A stretch of DNA of 64,000 nt from Thermotogota bacterium (GTDB lineage: Bacteria > Thermotogota > Thermotogae > Petrotogales > Kosmotogaceae), in NCBI GenBank assembly GCA_034660555.1, contig JAYEJL010000165.1, positions 1 through 64,000 on the forward strand, in the 5' to 3' direction. The translations under genes and the position numbers were made by a program. The stretch's first letter is position 1. Every line of letters begins with the position of its first letter. Shown piece after piece: positions 10,171-19,895 of the stretch. The notes beneath the pieces are model-generated. The model was not told the origin of the DNA, ran no database searches, and worked only from the letters and a program-made list of their open reading frames with translations.

Positions 10171-11055
10171 TTACGTTCTCATTCTCGGGTCAAAGATGTC
10201 TCTTAGCGCATCTCCAACAAGGTTCCAGGCGAGTACAAAAAGTACCATTGCTATACCTGGGAATACTATGGAAAACCATGCCTGATCCAGCATTGTCATC
10301 CAGTTTCTTGCATAACTCAGTATTGTGCCCCAGTCAGCGTATCCAGGTTCTGCTCCAACTCCCAAAAAGCTTAGAGCTGCTGCTGTTATAACATAATTTC
10401 CCATTCTCATGGTAAGCTGGACTACAACCGGAAAAATTGTATTGGGAAGTATATGCTTAATTATAATCAATCCGTCTTTTTGACCAAGTGCCTTGGCTGC
10501 AAGAACATATTGCTCTTCTCTTGCCTGTAAAATGTTCCCCCTAATAAGACGGGCAGAAGACATCCAGCCAAAAGCAATTAACGCGATCATAACATTGTTC
10601 AAACCCTTCCCCATTATGGTTGTCAAAACCATGGCTGCAACAAGAAACGGTATGGAAAGGAATATATCGGTTATTCTCATTAATATTTCGTCAATAATAC
10701 CACCAAAATAGGCTGCAATCGAACCTACAACTACACCAATAAAAGTTGCACTTAAACCAACAATCAATCCAAGTCTAAAAGCTGTTCTTGTACCCCAGAT
10801 AACGCCATAAAAAACATCTCTTCCGCCAATAACTCCAAAGGGATGTTCTGCATCTGGTGGCTGAGGAGATGATGACCAGGATACACGGGGTATTTGATAA
10901 TTATCTCCAAATTCATTAACTCCAGCTATCTGAGGAGCAAAAATCGCCACTCCAATAAAAAAGAACAACAAAATTGCTCCCATAACAGCTGTGGGGTTTG
11001 TCCAGAATTTCTTCATCATTTTCCTTAAATCACTTTTTCTTTTTCTTTCAGCCAT
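10171..11055 (-). CDS. oppC: Oligopeptide ABC permease
   Basis: HPFG..GRD, YVLAAKALG EAA loop, HILPN, NLVGDALRDIFDPR. Confidence 0.93.
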   Translation of the reverse strand: MAERKRKSDLRKMMKKFWTNPTAVMGAILLFFFIGVAIFAPQIAGVNEFGDNYQIPRVSWSSSPQPPDAEHPFGVIGGRDVFYGVIWGTRTAFRLGLIVGLSATFIGVVVGSIAAYFGGIIDEILMRITDIFLSIPFLVAAMVLTTIMGKGLNNVMIALIAFGWMSSARLIRGNILQAREEQYVLAAKALGQKDGLIIIKHILPNTIFPVVVQLTMRMGNYVITAAALSFLGVGAEPGYADWGTILSYARNWMTMLDQAWFSIVFPGIAMVLFVLAWNLVGDALRDIFDPRMRT

Positions 11056-11071
11056 TAAAATCTCCCCCCCC

Positions 11072-12106
11072 TCAGCGTAACCTTATTCTAGGATCTATGA
11101 CTGCGTAACTGACATCAACTATCAAATTACCCAGGACAAGTACAAGTGAGTAAATAAGCGCTGCTCCAATAATAGACCAATAATCCAACAGTTGGGCTGC
11201 CTGAGCGATAAACCTTCCTATTCCCGACCTAACAAAAACCGTTTCAACAATAACTGTTCCAGATAGCAATCCAATAATAGTCAACCCAGAAACAGTAACA
11301 ACCGGTATTAAAGCATTTCTTCTCGCATGCTTATTTATAACGGTCTTTTCAGGAACACCTTTGGCTCTTGCAGTTCTAATGTAGTCTTTTCTTAAAACCT
11401 CAAGCATACTTGAACGGGTTATCCTGAGCAAGTAAGCCCACCATAAGAATGAAATCGTTGCTATCGGCAAAATTAAGTGCTTCAATCCATCAAGAAATAT
11501 ATCGAGTCTACCGTTTATCAAAGCATCAATGGTGATCATGCGCGTTACATTAGTCCAGTTTGGGTCACTCATTATTCTATCAAACCCTAAACTCACCATA
11601 CCTGGCCCTACCCAATCCAGGCGAGCATAAAATAACCAAAGTAAAAATAACCCAAGAACAAAGTCAGGCAGGGACCAACCAATCAATGCGACCACCCGGA
11701 TAAATTGATCAAGAAATTTATTCTGGTGGATCGCTGACGTCACCCCGAGCCAGATTGCCACCAGTACTACAGGTATGACTGCGTACAATGCCAGTTCAAG
11801 GGTATAGGGGAAGCGGCTTGCTATAGCCTCAGAAACTGGAACCTTCCCAACCAGGGAATATCCCCAATCACCCTGAAGTAAATTCCAAAGCCATTTTCCA
11901 TACATCATAGGCATTGGTTGATCAAGGCCATATTTTTTTATGAGGCGTTCTTTGGCATCAGGACTTTTTAAAGCTTCAGGGCTTTTTATATAAGAGCCCA
12001 GTAGCTTATCAGGTCCAAGGGACCAGATCATTGCAAAAATAATGAGTGTTACTCCTATCAAAATGAAAGGTAAAATTAAAAGGCGCCTTATGATATAGGC
12101 CGTCAC
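11072..12106 (-). CDS. oppB: Oligopeptide ABC permease
   Basis: YIIRRL, YGLDQP, GDWGYS, DYIRTARAKG, DPRIR. Confidence 0.93.
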   Translation of the reverse strand: MTAYIIRRLLILPFILIGVTLIIFAMIWSLGPDKLLGSYIKSPEALKSPDAKERLIKKYGLDQPMPMMYGKWLWNLLQGDWGYSLVGKVPVSEAIASRFPYTLELALYAVIPVVLVAIWLGVTSAIHQNKFLDQFIRVVALIGWSLPDFVLGLFLLWLFYARLDWVGPGMVSLGFDRIMSDPNWTNVTRMITIDALINGRLDIFLDGLKHLILPIATISFLWWAYLLRITRSSMLEVLRKDYIRTARAKGVPEKTVINKHARRNALIPVVTVSGLTIIGLLSGTVIVETVFVRSGIGRFIAQAAQLLDYWSIIGAALIYSLVLVLGNLIVDVSYAVIDPRIRLR

Positions 12107-12180
12107 TTACATATCACCCCTTTGGAATTAAATTGAAAATTATTATAAGTCGAAACGATTATAACGCAAACTTTATATAA

Positions 12181-12212
12181 AAAAAAGAGGACGGGTTCCA
12201 AACCCGTCCTCT
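12181..12212 (-). terminator. Hairpin/terminator between oppA and oppB
   Basis: AGAGGACGGGTT-CCA-AACCCGTCCTCT stem followed on the minus strand by a long T tract. Confidence 0.8.
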
Positions 12213-12238
12213 GAATGTTATCAAAACTAAACAACTAA

Positions 12239-14077
12239 TTATTCTTCAACTTTATCAAGTACGTAAAACCAGGGTCCAGATCTCAGTGAATGTGGATACC
12301 AACCTTTTACCCATGTTCGTTCCACATGGAATCCCGTTGGGTTGTACAATGGGATGGTAAGGGCCTGTTCGATAGCAATTTCCTGAATTTCAAGGTACAA
12401 TTCTTCTCGTTTTTCAGGATCCGGAGTCTTAACTGCTTCTTCTATAAGTGGATCAAGGTTCTCTTTTGCAAATTCTCTAAATGGTTCACCATATGTTTGA
12501 CCAAATGTACCATAACTTCCGTAGTAAGTTGCTATAAAGTTATGTGGGTCAGCATAATCTGCTAGCCAGCCAAGTGTGTAAGCAGGCTGCAGTCCGTTAA
12601 GCGATGCAGCTAAGAATGTTGGCCACTGCACACCATTTACATTGACCTTGAATTTTGGATTAATCTGCTCAATGTAGAATTTGAGCATTTCACAAATTGT
12701 TTGTCTGATATCATTACCACTATTATAAAGTAATGTAATCTCAAAACCGTTTTCCCAGAGTTCACCATCAAAGGCTTTCTTGAATTCTTCTGTAGCTTTC
12801 CTAAGGCTGAACTCAGGTACAGGTAACTCTTCACTATATCCAAGGTATCCAATTGGAAGATCTGTTGGAATTGGGTCTCCAAGTCCATAAAGAACTTCAT
12901 TGATAAACACTTCAGCATTGTAACAGTGTCTGAAGGCTCTTCTTACGTGAACGTCTCCAAAGAAATCTCTTGGAATACCTTTTCCATCAAGTTTACCGCT
13001 TCCGAGATATTCACTGTCTTCAGAAACTTCCCAGTTCATGAAGAATGTTGTTGTCGATGCAGCAGGATAACCTTCGATTACTCTAACACCTTCAAGATCT
13101 ATAACCTGATCTCTGTACTTTACTGGGACATAAACAATGTCAGCGTCTCCGGCTTCGAGCATGGCTTTTCTTGTGGAGTATTCATCAACACCCCAAATGA
13201 TTACCTTTTTGAGCGGAGCCTGTCCTAACCAGTAGTCATCAAATCGTTCAAGTGTTACTTTCTGCTGTGTTCTGTTCCAATCGACAACTTTGTATGCACC
13301 TGAACCTACATCCTGGGTATGGATAACAGTATCACCCTGTGATGGATCATGGTATTTCCACCAGCCAGAAGGGTTACCGTCCCAGCCGCCAAGTTCTTCT
13401 ACATACTTGGAATCAAGAATTGCTGACCAGCCTGCATAATGTGCAATAATCTGCATGAATGGTGCAAAAGGACCCTTCATGTTGAATACTACATTGTTTC
13501 CATCTACCTCGACGAGTGGATCAATAACTTCATTGAAGAAAGCAACAAGTTTGTTTGCCGCTTCATCACTTACTGCTTCTTTGTTTTCATTGACTGCGTC
13601 TGAATAAGCCATTCCACTGTAGTCTTTGAACCATGTTTCTATAGAGCTGTAATCCCCACCTGAAAGAGCTTCTATGATCATCCACTGTGGTCCTCCAGCT
13701 CTATCCTGTACCAAACCTCTTTCGAAGGAATACTCAACGTCATAAGGTGTAAGTTCATTTCCTGAATGGAATTTGATTCCCTTTCTGATTGGGAATATGT
13801 AAGTGGTACCTTCATCCTTAATAAGTCCGTTATCAACTGTTGGTACCTCTGTTGAGATCATTGGAAGGAAATCTTTCAATGATTCTCCATCGTACCTTAT
13901 AAGGTTATCGTAAGCATTCAATACAACCTCACCGCTGGCTGTGTCATACATCCAGTGTGGGTCAAGTGTTTCTGGTTCACCAATACTCACAATAATGAAC
14001 GTATCTGGATTTTTAACTTCGGCAAAAGCCCAAACTGCAACAAACACCGCAAGTAGTACTAAAAGTACCTTTTTCAC
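12239..14077 (-). CDS. oppA: Family 5 (Opp/Dpp) solute-binding protein
   Basis: Signal peptide MKKVLLVLLAVFVAVWAFA (no lipobox), ETLDP, YDNL, IRKGIKFHSG, GWLADYADP. Confidence 0.92.
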   Translation of the reverse strand: MKKVLLVLLAVFVAVWAFAEVKNPDTFIIVSIGEPETLDPHWMYDTASGEVVLNAYDNLIRYDGESLKDFLPMISTEVPTVDNGLIKDEGTTYIFPIRKGIKFHSGNELTPYDVEYSFERGLVQDRAGGPQWMIIEALSGGDYSSIETWFKDYSGMAYSDAVNENKEAVSDEAANKLVAFFNEVIDPLVEVDGNNVVFNMKGPFAPFMQIIAHYAGWSAILDSKYVEELGGWDGNPSGWWKYHDPSQGDTVIHTQDVGSGAYKVVDWNRTQQKVTLERFDDYWLGQAPLKKVIIWGVDEYSTRKAMLEAGDADIVYVPVKYRDQVIDLEGVRVIEGYPAASTTTFFMNWEVSEDSEYLGSGKLDGKGIPRDFFGDVHVRRAFRHCYNAEVFINEVLYGLGDPIPTDLPIGYLGYSEELPVPEFSLRKATEEFKKAFDGELWENGFEITLLYNSGNDIRQTICEMLKFYIEQINPKFKVNVNGVQWPTFLAASLNGLQPAYTLGWLADYADPHNFIATYYGSYGTFGQTYGEPFREFAKENLDPLIEEAVKTPDPEKREELYLEIQEIAIEQALTIPLYNPTGFHVERTWVKGWYPHSLRSGPWFYVLDKVEE

Positions 14078-14210
14078 AAAAACACCCCCTTAGCAAAGAT
14101 AAATTGTAATTACGGTCACACAAAATATTATAACCTATATTGTTGAAAATTCAAAATGGTTTCGCGTTCACGTTACCCAAATTCTGTGCTTAATACCAAA
14201 AACGAGAAAC

Positions 14211-14239
14211 TTGACAAGCACATTACACGGTGATAAAAT
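14211..14239 (+). promoter_or_regulatory. Sigma70-type promoter of tRNA-Val
   Basis: TTGACA (14211-16), 17 bp spacer, TG-n-TAAAAT (14234-39). Confidence 0.8.
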
Positions 14240-14249
14240 TCTCTTTGTT

Positions 14250-14324
14250 GGGTGCGTAGCTCAGTGGGAGAGCGCTTCCTTGACGAGGAAGAAGCCGTAG
14301 GTTCAATCCCTACCGCACCCACCA
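14250..14324 (+). tRNA. tRNA-Val(GAC)
   Basis: Acceptor GGGTGCG/CGCACCC, anticodon stem CTTCC/GGAAG with loop TT-GAC-GA, GGTTCAATCC T arm, encoded CCA. Confidence 0.97.
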
Positions 14325-14326
14325 CC

Positions 14327-14354
14327 GGAGGAGAGTTGTTCTCCTCCATTTTTT
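14327..14354 (+). terminator. Intrinsic terminator after tRNA-Val (may also serve the convergent GH38 gene)
   Basis: GGAGGAGA-GTTGT-TCTCCTCC followed by ATTTTTT. Confidence 0.75.
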
Positions 14355-17300
14355 ATTCAAAAATCAATGTATATATCTTGAATGGTCTGTACTCAAGTTT
14401 TATCATCTTATCAATTAGTATTAATTCTTCTTTCTTTTCTTCAAGAATATTTGATTTCCAGACTTTTCTATACTCAAAATTATTTAACATAATATCTACA
14501 CTTCCTCTTTTACCTGTTATTTCAGCAATACGCAGGATTATTTCACCATGTTTGCCACGTTTTAAAGCAAGTACTTTAAAATTCTCTTCACTTATATTCA
14601 CTAAACTCTTCTTGGTGGTTGGTGTTCCTTTAGCAACTATCAAAGGTTTGTTTAATTGCTCTGCCTGTTTAATTGTATTTAGTACTTCATCACCTTTATG
14701 AGGATAGATCGAGTATGTAAAGCTGTGTTTCCCTTCATCCGCAAAAAAATGCGGAAAAACGGGGGATCTTAATAAACTGATGCCCATAACGTTACCTGAA
14801 CAACTATGCCCGTACTTCCCATCGTTGAGTAAACTTACACCAAAACCTGCCTCAGTAAGATCCATCCATCTATGTGCAATCGTTTCAAAGCGTGCTTTTT
14901 CAAAGTCCGTATTTTTATGTGTTGGTCGTTCAATGTAACCTGTCCCAATATCGTATTTTGCCTTTCTCGAAAGAACATTTACCGGAAAAATGGCTCTGAG
15001 CAACGTTTTCCGATGATGCCAGTCAATATTCGTTTTGATGTCCAACCTTTTTGAATGACTGTGTAATATGTAATCCTGAGATATTATAGTATCGTTAAAC
15101 CTGTACTTCACTTCAAATGATTGTTTTATTTCACCAGTTTCAACCCTTTTAATCTCACTTGCTTTCAGCTGTCTCGCACTTTTCTCATAATCAATATCTA
15201 TGTCCCATGCATCCCATTTCGGTGGGACATCATCGTATAAAAATAACTTATTTCCTGAGTCTTCGAAAACTTCCCTTCCTAGCACTTTATCGTACATTTT
15301 GATAGTTCCATCTTCATTTACTATTATCCTGACCAGAGAGTTTTCCAGTATCCTGTCATCAGAAGAGATATCATCGTTTTTTACAGGTGCTTCTTTTTCG
15401 CGGACGAATAGTTTCATCGAAGAAAAGGGGTCAATCATTGCTTCGCCAAAATATAACCAGCCATTTTGCGTCTTTTGTATTTTTAGTGATTTACCACTTT
15501 CCATGCTAAGGGTTTTTCCTTTCAAATCCGCTTCAAAAAGTAATGGCCTCTTGTGAGAACCTGGATTAAAAACAATGATCGTTTTTTCATCATGTGTTAC
15601 GAAATTCAATAAACCGGTATTCTTTATATCCTTTGCCTTTTCAATAATCTCTGAAAGTTCCTTTTCAGCAGTTTCATAAACTTCTCTTATTGATGATCCG
15701 GGCAAAATATCATGAAATTCGTTGTGAAGCAGTGTTTTCCATAAATCATCCAGTTTTTTCTGAACTGGATTATTATCAATGAACATTGAGAATAATTCTG
15801 CAAGGAAAAGTTCATCTTCTGCTTTTTTATGCAACATTTTAGTTCTTGATTGAGTGGTCAGCGTACCTCTATGCAACTCAAGGTACAGCTCCCCATCCCA
15901 GACAGGAAGTTCTCTTTTTTTCTTCCCTACTTTTTTGTAAAAATTCAGTGGATTATCTATTGAGAGTTCCGGGAAACTGGGGAAATCTTTCATATGCAAA
16001 TAATTTTCAATCATTTCATCGGTGGGGCCACCTCCACCATCTCCGTAACCAAAAGTAAAAAGTGTTTCGGGGAGTATTTTTTTCTGTCGGTAGTTTTTCC
16101 ATGTTCCAATAATCTCCTCCGGGTTGATTTTTCCGTTATAACCTTCCCCAACATTTTCAAAGCTATGATAGATAACTTCTGAACCGTCCAGCCCTTTCCA
16201 TATACACAGATCGTAGGGAAATCTACTGGTTTCATTCCAGGTAAGTTTTGTAGTAAAGAAATAGTTTATTCCCGCGTCTGCAAGTATTTGGGGAAGCAAC
16301 CATGAAAATCCAAAAACATCCGGTAACCATGCTATTTCACATTTTTTGCCAAAATGCTTCCCAAAAAAACTTTGCCCATAAAATATCTGTCTTATAAGGG
16401 ATTCAGGTGATGGTATATTACAGTCACTTTCTACCCACATTCCGCCTGTAAGCACCCATCGTCCATCTTTCACTTTTCTCTGAATTTTAGCAAAGAGCTC
16501 GGGGTCTTGTTTTTTTAGATCGTCATACATCTTTGCAGAAGATTGAATATATTTGAAATCATCGTACTTATCAATTAATCTGAGAGCATTGGAAAATGTC
16601 CTGACAATTTTGTTCTTTGTTTCGCTTATAGGCCATAACCATGCATAATCTACATGAGCATGACCAATCATACTTATTTTTCCGTACGAAGGAAATTTTT
16701 CTTTCAAGAAAGCCATTTCTCTCTTGAATTCTTTTTCGGCATCAATAATATTATTGATAAGCTTTTCAGAGTAACTGTTTTTCTTCGAGGGTACAAAATT
16801 CTCTGCGTTCCAGATCCAGGATACTTCTCTAAACACTTCATGGTTGTCACACACCGCTTTAAAGTAACTTCCAGTATCTCTTGGAATGTCAATTTTCCTC
16901 AACGTTTTATCAAGCAGATCCAATAACAGGTCCTTCAGAACGCTGCCATCTGTTTCTTTTATTAATTCATTGACCAGGTAAAAACCCCTTATAATTCTTT
17001 TTATCGTCCTGTGTTCAATAATTAGCTCAGCTTTTTCAAAAACTGGTTTCTTAACTCTTTGTCCGAGTAAACCATGAGGTACAACTTGCACTTCAATGAG
17101 GTGTTCGTTATCATCTGCAAAGACTGAAAGATCCAGTTCTTTTTGATATTCATTTATTTCACCAAAAGGCTTCCCATCAACCTTAACAAGGCTTTCTCCA
17201 CCGAACCATGCCTTTAAATTAATAATCTCATCTGAATTAATAACAGGTATTTTCACCATTCTTTTGAATAATACTGATTTATAAAAGGCACTCCATGACT

Positions 17301-17463
17301 CACCAAAATCAATTTTCTTGTCGATGCTATTTTCTTTTTTCTCATTATTCCTAGAAGCGAAATCCCACTGTTTCAGTTCTTTTCTTGAAATTAGCACGTA
17401 GGGCAAAATATCCGATATCATGCGTTTATATTTCACATATTTCCTATCATAACTGTCATACAC
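14353..17463 (-). CDS. Alpha-mannosidase, glycoside hydrolase family 38
   Basis: GHAHVDYAWLWP metal site, GGMWVESD, WLPDVFG nucleophile, GYGDGGGGP, ELYLELHRG, FHDILPGS. Confidence 0.95.
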   Translation of the reverse strand: MYDSYDRKYVKYKRMISDILPYVLISRKELKQWDFASRNNEKKENSIDKKIDFGESWSAFYKSVLFKRMVKIPVINSDEIINLKAWFGGESLVKVDGKPFGEINEYQKELDLSVFADDNEHLIEVQVVPHGLLGQRVKKPVFEKAELIIEHRTIKRIIRGFYLVNELIKETDGSVLKDLLLDLLDKTLRKIDIPRDTGSYFKAVCDNHEVFREVSWIWNAENFVPSKKNSYSEKLINNIIDAEKEFKREMAFLKEKFPSYGKISMIGHAHVDYAWLWPISETKNKIVRTFSNALRLIDKYDDFKYIQSSAKMYDDLKKQDPELFAKIQRKVKDGRWVLTGGMWVESDCNIPSPESLIRQIFYGQSFFGKHFGKKCEIAWLPDVFGFSWLLPQILADAGINYFFTTKLTWNETSRFPYDLCIWKGLDGSEVIYHSFENVGEGYNGKINPEEIIGTWKNYRQKKILPETLFTFGYGDGGGGPTDEMIENYLHMKDFPSFPELSIDNPLNFYKKVGKKKRELPVWDGELYLELHRGTLTTQSRTKMLHKKAEDELFLAELFSMFIDNNPVQKKLDDLWKTLLHNEFHDILPGSSIREVYETAEKELSEIIEKAKDIKNTGLLNFVTHDEKTIIVFNPGSHKRPLLFEADLKGKTLSMESGKSLKIQKTQNGWLYFGEAMIDPFSSMKLFVREKEAPVKNDDISSDDRILENSLVRIIVNEDGTIKMYDKVLGREVFEDSGNKLFLYDDVPPKWDAWDIDIDYEKSARQLKASEIKRVETGEIKQSFEVKYRFNDTIISQDYILHSHSKRLDIKTNIDWHHRKTLLRAIFPVNVLSRKAKYDIGTGYIERPTHKNTDFEKARFETIAHRWMDLTEAGFGVSLLNDGKYGHSCSGNVMGISLLRSPVFPHFFADEGKHSFTYSIYPHKGDEVLNTIKQAEQLNKPLIVAKGTPTTKKSLVNISEENFKVLALKRGKHGEIILRIAEITGKRGSVDIMLNNFEYRKVWKSNILEEKKEELILIDKMIKLEYRPFKIYTLIFE

Positions 17464-17477
17464 TGGACTGTTTCCTC

Positions 17478-17801
17478 CTAATCGTTATCAAATTTGTATT
17501 TCTCTGAAAGTTCTCTAAACTCAACTGAACGGTGCTTATATTCTTTGCCGTTGATCATCAAATACCAGTGAGCAAGTTCATGAAGAACCGTTTTTCTTAG
17601 CAGTTCTGAATCATCAAGTAAAGTTGGAGAAAGTTCCATTCGTAATGGCACAACTTCCTTCTTGTCCTTTTTATAAACGATACGACCAAGTGTTCTTTTC
17701 AATCTGCTGTTTAGTTTAATTGGCAAATCAAAAAACAAGCCAAACTTCTCAGCAGCAAGCGTCCTAACAAGAAACCTTAGTTTTTTATGCTCTTCATCCA
17801 T
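17478..17801 (-). CDS. Minimal SprT-like zinc metalloprotease
   Basis: NSRLKRTLGR, HELAH, downstream H..EF. Confidence 0.8.
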   Translation of the reverse strand: MDEEHKKLRFLVRTLAAEKFGLFFDLPIKLNSRLKRTLGRIVYKKDKKEVVPLRMELSPTLLDDSELLRKTVLHELAHWYLMINGKEYKHRSVEFRELSEKYKFDND

Positions 17802-17881
17802 ATCTTAAGAATAGCACGAACTCAAAAAAAGGTACAAGTTCTCATATATGATAAAATCACTTTTGAAGTTACAACGGAGGT

Positions 17882-18997
17882 ATGAAGATGAAAAAAATCG
17901 CGATGATATTTGGCACAAGACCGGAAGCAATTAAAATGGCTCCTGTTTATCTGGCGTTGAAAGAATCCATTTTTAAACCCATCATTATTGCCACCGCACA
18001 GCACAGGGAAATGCTCGATCAGGTTCTCAAACTGTTTGATATATCACCTGATTATGATCTCAATATTATGAGGAATAAACAGTCCCTTTCTGATCTAACA
18101 TCCAGACTAATCTCTTCAATCGACGGTGTTTTCAAGAAAGAGCATTTCGATGCAACCCTGGTCCAAGGAGATACTACTTCCACCTTTGCTGGCGCACTTG
18201 TGGCTTTTTATAATAAATGCCCCGTTGGTCACATTGAGGCAGGTTTAAGAACGAAAAATACATACAATCCTTTTCCTGAAGAAATAAATCGCAGATTATC
18301 CTCGACCCTTGCAAATTACCATTTTCCTCCTACCAAAAAAGCGAAAAATAATTTAATCAACGAGGGAATTTCGGATGAGAATATATCGATAACAGGAAAT
18401 ACCGTTATTGACGCGCTGAAGTGGGTAATAAATAACAAAAACTACGATATGAAGCGTATAAGAAAAGAACTTGATCTTTTAGACAAAAAATACATCCTTT
18501 TGACCACACACAGACGCGAAAGTTGGGGAGAACCCATGCGAAATATTATGAAAGCCGTAAAAGAGCTGCTCGATAAAGAAAAAGATTTGCATATAGTTTT
18601 TCCCGTTCATTTCAATCCAGCTGTACGCGAAATTGTTTTTGAGGAGCTTAAAGAAGAAAAAAGAGTTGTTTTACTGGATCCCCTTGATTATCTACCTTTT
18701 GTTGCAGTAATGGAAGGGTCAAAGATAATTCTAACCGATTCTGGCGGCATTCAGGAAGAAGGACCTGCTCTGGGAAAACCAGTACTCGTTCTAAGAGAAA
18801 CGACTGAAAGACCCGAAGCAATTGAATCGGGAACTGCAAAACTGGTAGGCACTTCTATCAAAAAGATAGTAGATGAAACAATGACATTACTTCATGACGA
18901 AGGCAAATATACACAAATGGCTAAAGCTACCAATCCTTTTGGTGATGGGAAGGCAGCAAAAAGAATCGTTGAATTTTTACAAAATAAGATAATCTGA
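17882..18997 (+). CDS. wecB: UDP-N-acetylglucosamine 2-epimerase (non-hydrolysing)
   Basis: FGTRPEAIKMAP, QGDT, HIEAGLR, PEEINR, HRRE, TDSGGIQEE, NPFGDG. Confidence 0.96.
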   Translation: MKMKKIAMIFGTRPEAIKMAPVYLALKESIFKPIIIATAQHREMLDQVLKLFDISPDYDLNIMRNKQSLSDLTSRLISSIDGVFKKEHFDATLVQGDTTSTFAGALVAFYNKCPVGHIEAGLRTKNTYNPFPEEINRRLSSTLANYHFPPTKKAKNNLINEGISDENISITGNTVIDALKWVINNKNYDMKRIRKELDLLDKKYILLTTHRRESWGEPMRNIMKAVKELLDKEKDLHIVFPVHFNPAVREIVFEELKEEKRVVLLDPLDYLPFVAVMEGSKIILTDSGGIQEEGPALGKPVLVLRETTERPEAIESGTAKLVGTSIKKIVDETMTLLHDEGKYTQMAKATNPFGDGKAAKRIVEFLQNKII

Positions 18998-19081
18998 TGC
19001 TTATACCAAACATTTCATTTATAATTTCTAATATAATTGATTAAAGTAAGAATCAATCAGTTTTTACTATGAAATAAACAT

Positions 19082-19543
19082 CTATTCCAGAACAACGATT
19101 ACGTCTCCAGCGTCAATATTGTCTCCTTTGTTAACTTTTACTTCTTTGACTGTTCCATCATAATCAGACAGAACTGTATTTTCCATTTTCATCGCTTCCA
19201 TAAGGATTACTTTATCACCACGGCTTATCCTATTTCCTGAAGAAACAAAAATATCAAGTACTACTCCTGTCATCGGGGAGGTAATCTCATTACCTTCGCT
19301 AGTGTCTTTTTCCTCTGATTTTTCTCTACTCAAAGTTTTTGGTTTTCTGTTTTTTTCTTTATCTTCTTTATTCTCGAGTTTTTCAGCAGATTCCTTTTGT
19401 TTTTTCTGGGCTTGAACCTGCTGCTGACTGGAAGGTTGTTTTTGTGTTTTCTCCTCAGCTGTTTTTGGTTTGTTCTTTATCTCTTCAACTTCAACGATAT
19501 ATTTGTCGCCATCTACGGTTACTTTGAAGGTTCGTTGCATCAT
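19082..19543 (-). CDS. Biotin carboxyl carrier protein (MmdC / 1.3S-like)
   Basis: EAMKMEN biotinylation motif; N-terminal FKVTVDG..YIVEVEE. Confidence 0.93.
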   Translation of the reverse strand: MMQRTFKVTVDGDKYIVEVEEIKNKPKTAEEKTQKQPSSQQQVQAQKKQKESAEKLENKEDKEKNRKPKTLSREKSEEKDTSEGNEITSPMTGVVLDIFVSSGNRISRGDKVILMEAMKMENTVLSDYDGTVKEVKVNKGDNIDAGDVIVVLE

Positions 19544-19886
19544 TTTGCCTCCCTGTTTTCCAGAATATTAATGGTTTCCTTTGTTTCCATCTGTCTGAGG
19601 TTTCTGCACTTCTGACAGACCTTATCACAAAATCACCGTGTCCTATATACTGGGTTACTGCAGAAGTAATAACTGCAACCATGCGTGAAGATAGTTCACC
19701 CGGTCTTTCAGTTCCCTTTTTTTCTTCACCACTCGAAGCTTTATTTTTTTCACCGGAAATCTTTACCGGTTTTCCTTTATCCTTTGAGAGAAATTTACCC
19801 ATCAATGCGAACATAATTGCAAGAATAGTTAAAACGCTGAATACAATAGTAAGTCCAAGTATAGTAACCTGTATGGTTTCAGACAT
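19491..19886 (-). CDS. OadG/MmdD-family membrane anchor subunit of a biotin-dependent decarboxylase
   Basis: Single N-terminal TM helix (ILGLTIVFSVLTIL), linker, VAVITSAV, downstream W motif; sits between the carboxyltransferase and biotin carrier genes. Confidence 0.82.
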   Translation of the reverse strand: MSETIQVTILGLTIVFSVLTILAIMFALMGKFLSKDKGKPVKISGEKNKASSGEEKKGTERPGELSSRMVAVITSAVTQYIGHGDFVIRSVRSAETSDRWKQRKPLIFWKTGRQNDATNLQSNRRWRQIYR

Positions 19887-19895
19887 TTAGTCACC

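Noticed and set aside
14252..14701. 149-aa ORF in the track
   Set aside because: Overlaps tRNA-Val and is antisense to the GH38 gene.
14250..19000. Genomic island integrated at tRNA-Val (also considered for tRNA-Ile2 and tRNA-Arg)
   Set aside because: No integrase, no duplicated tRNA 3' end noticed, and the flanking genes are ordinary metabolic genes.
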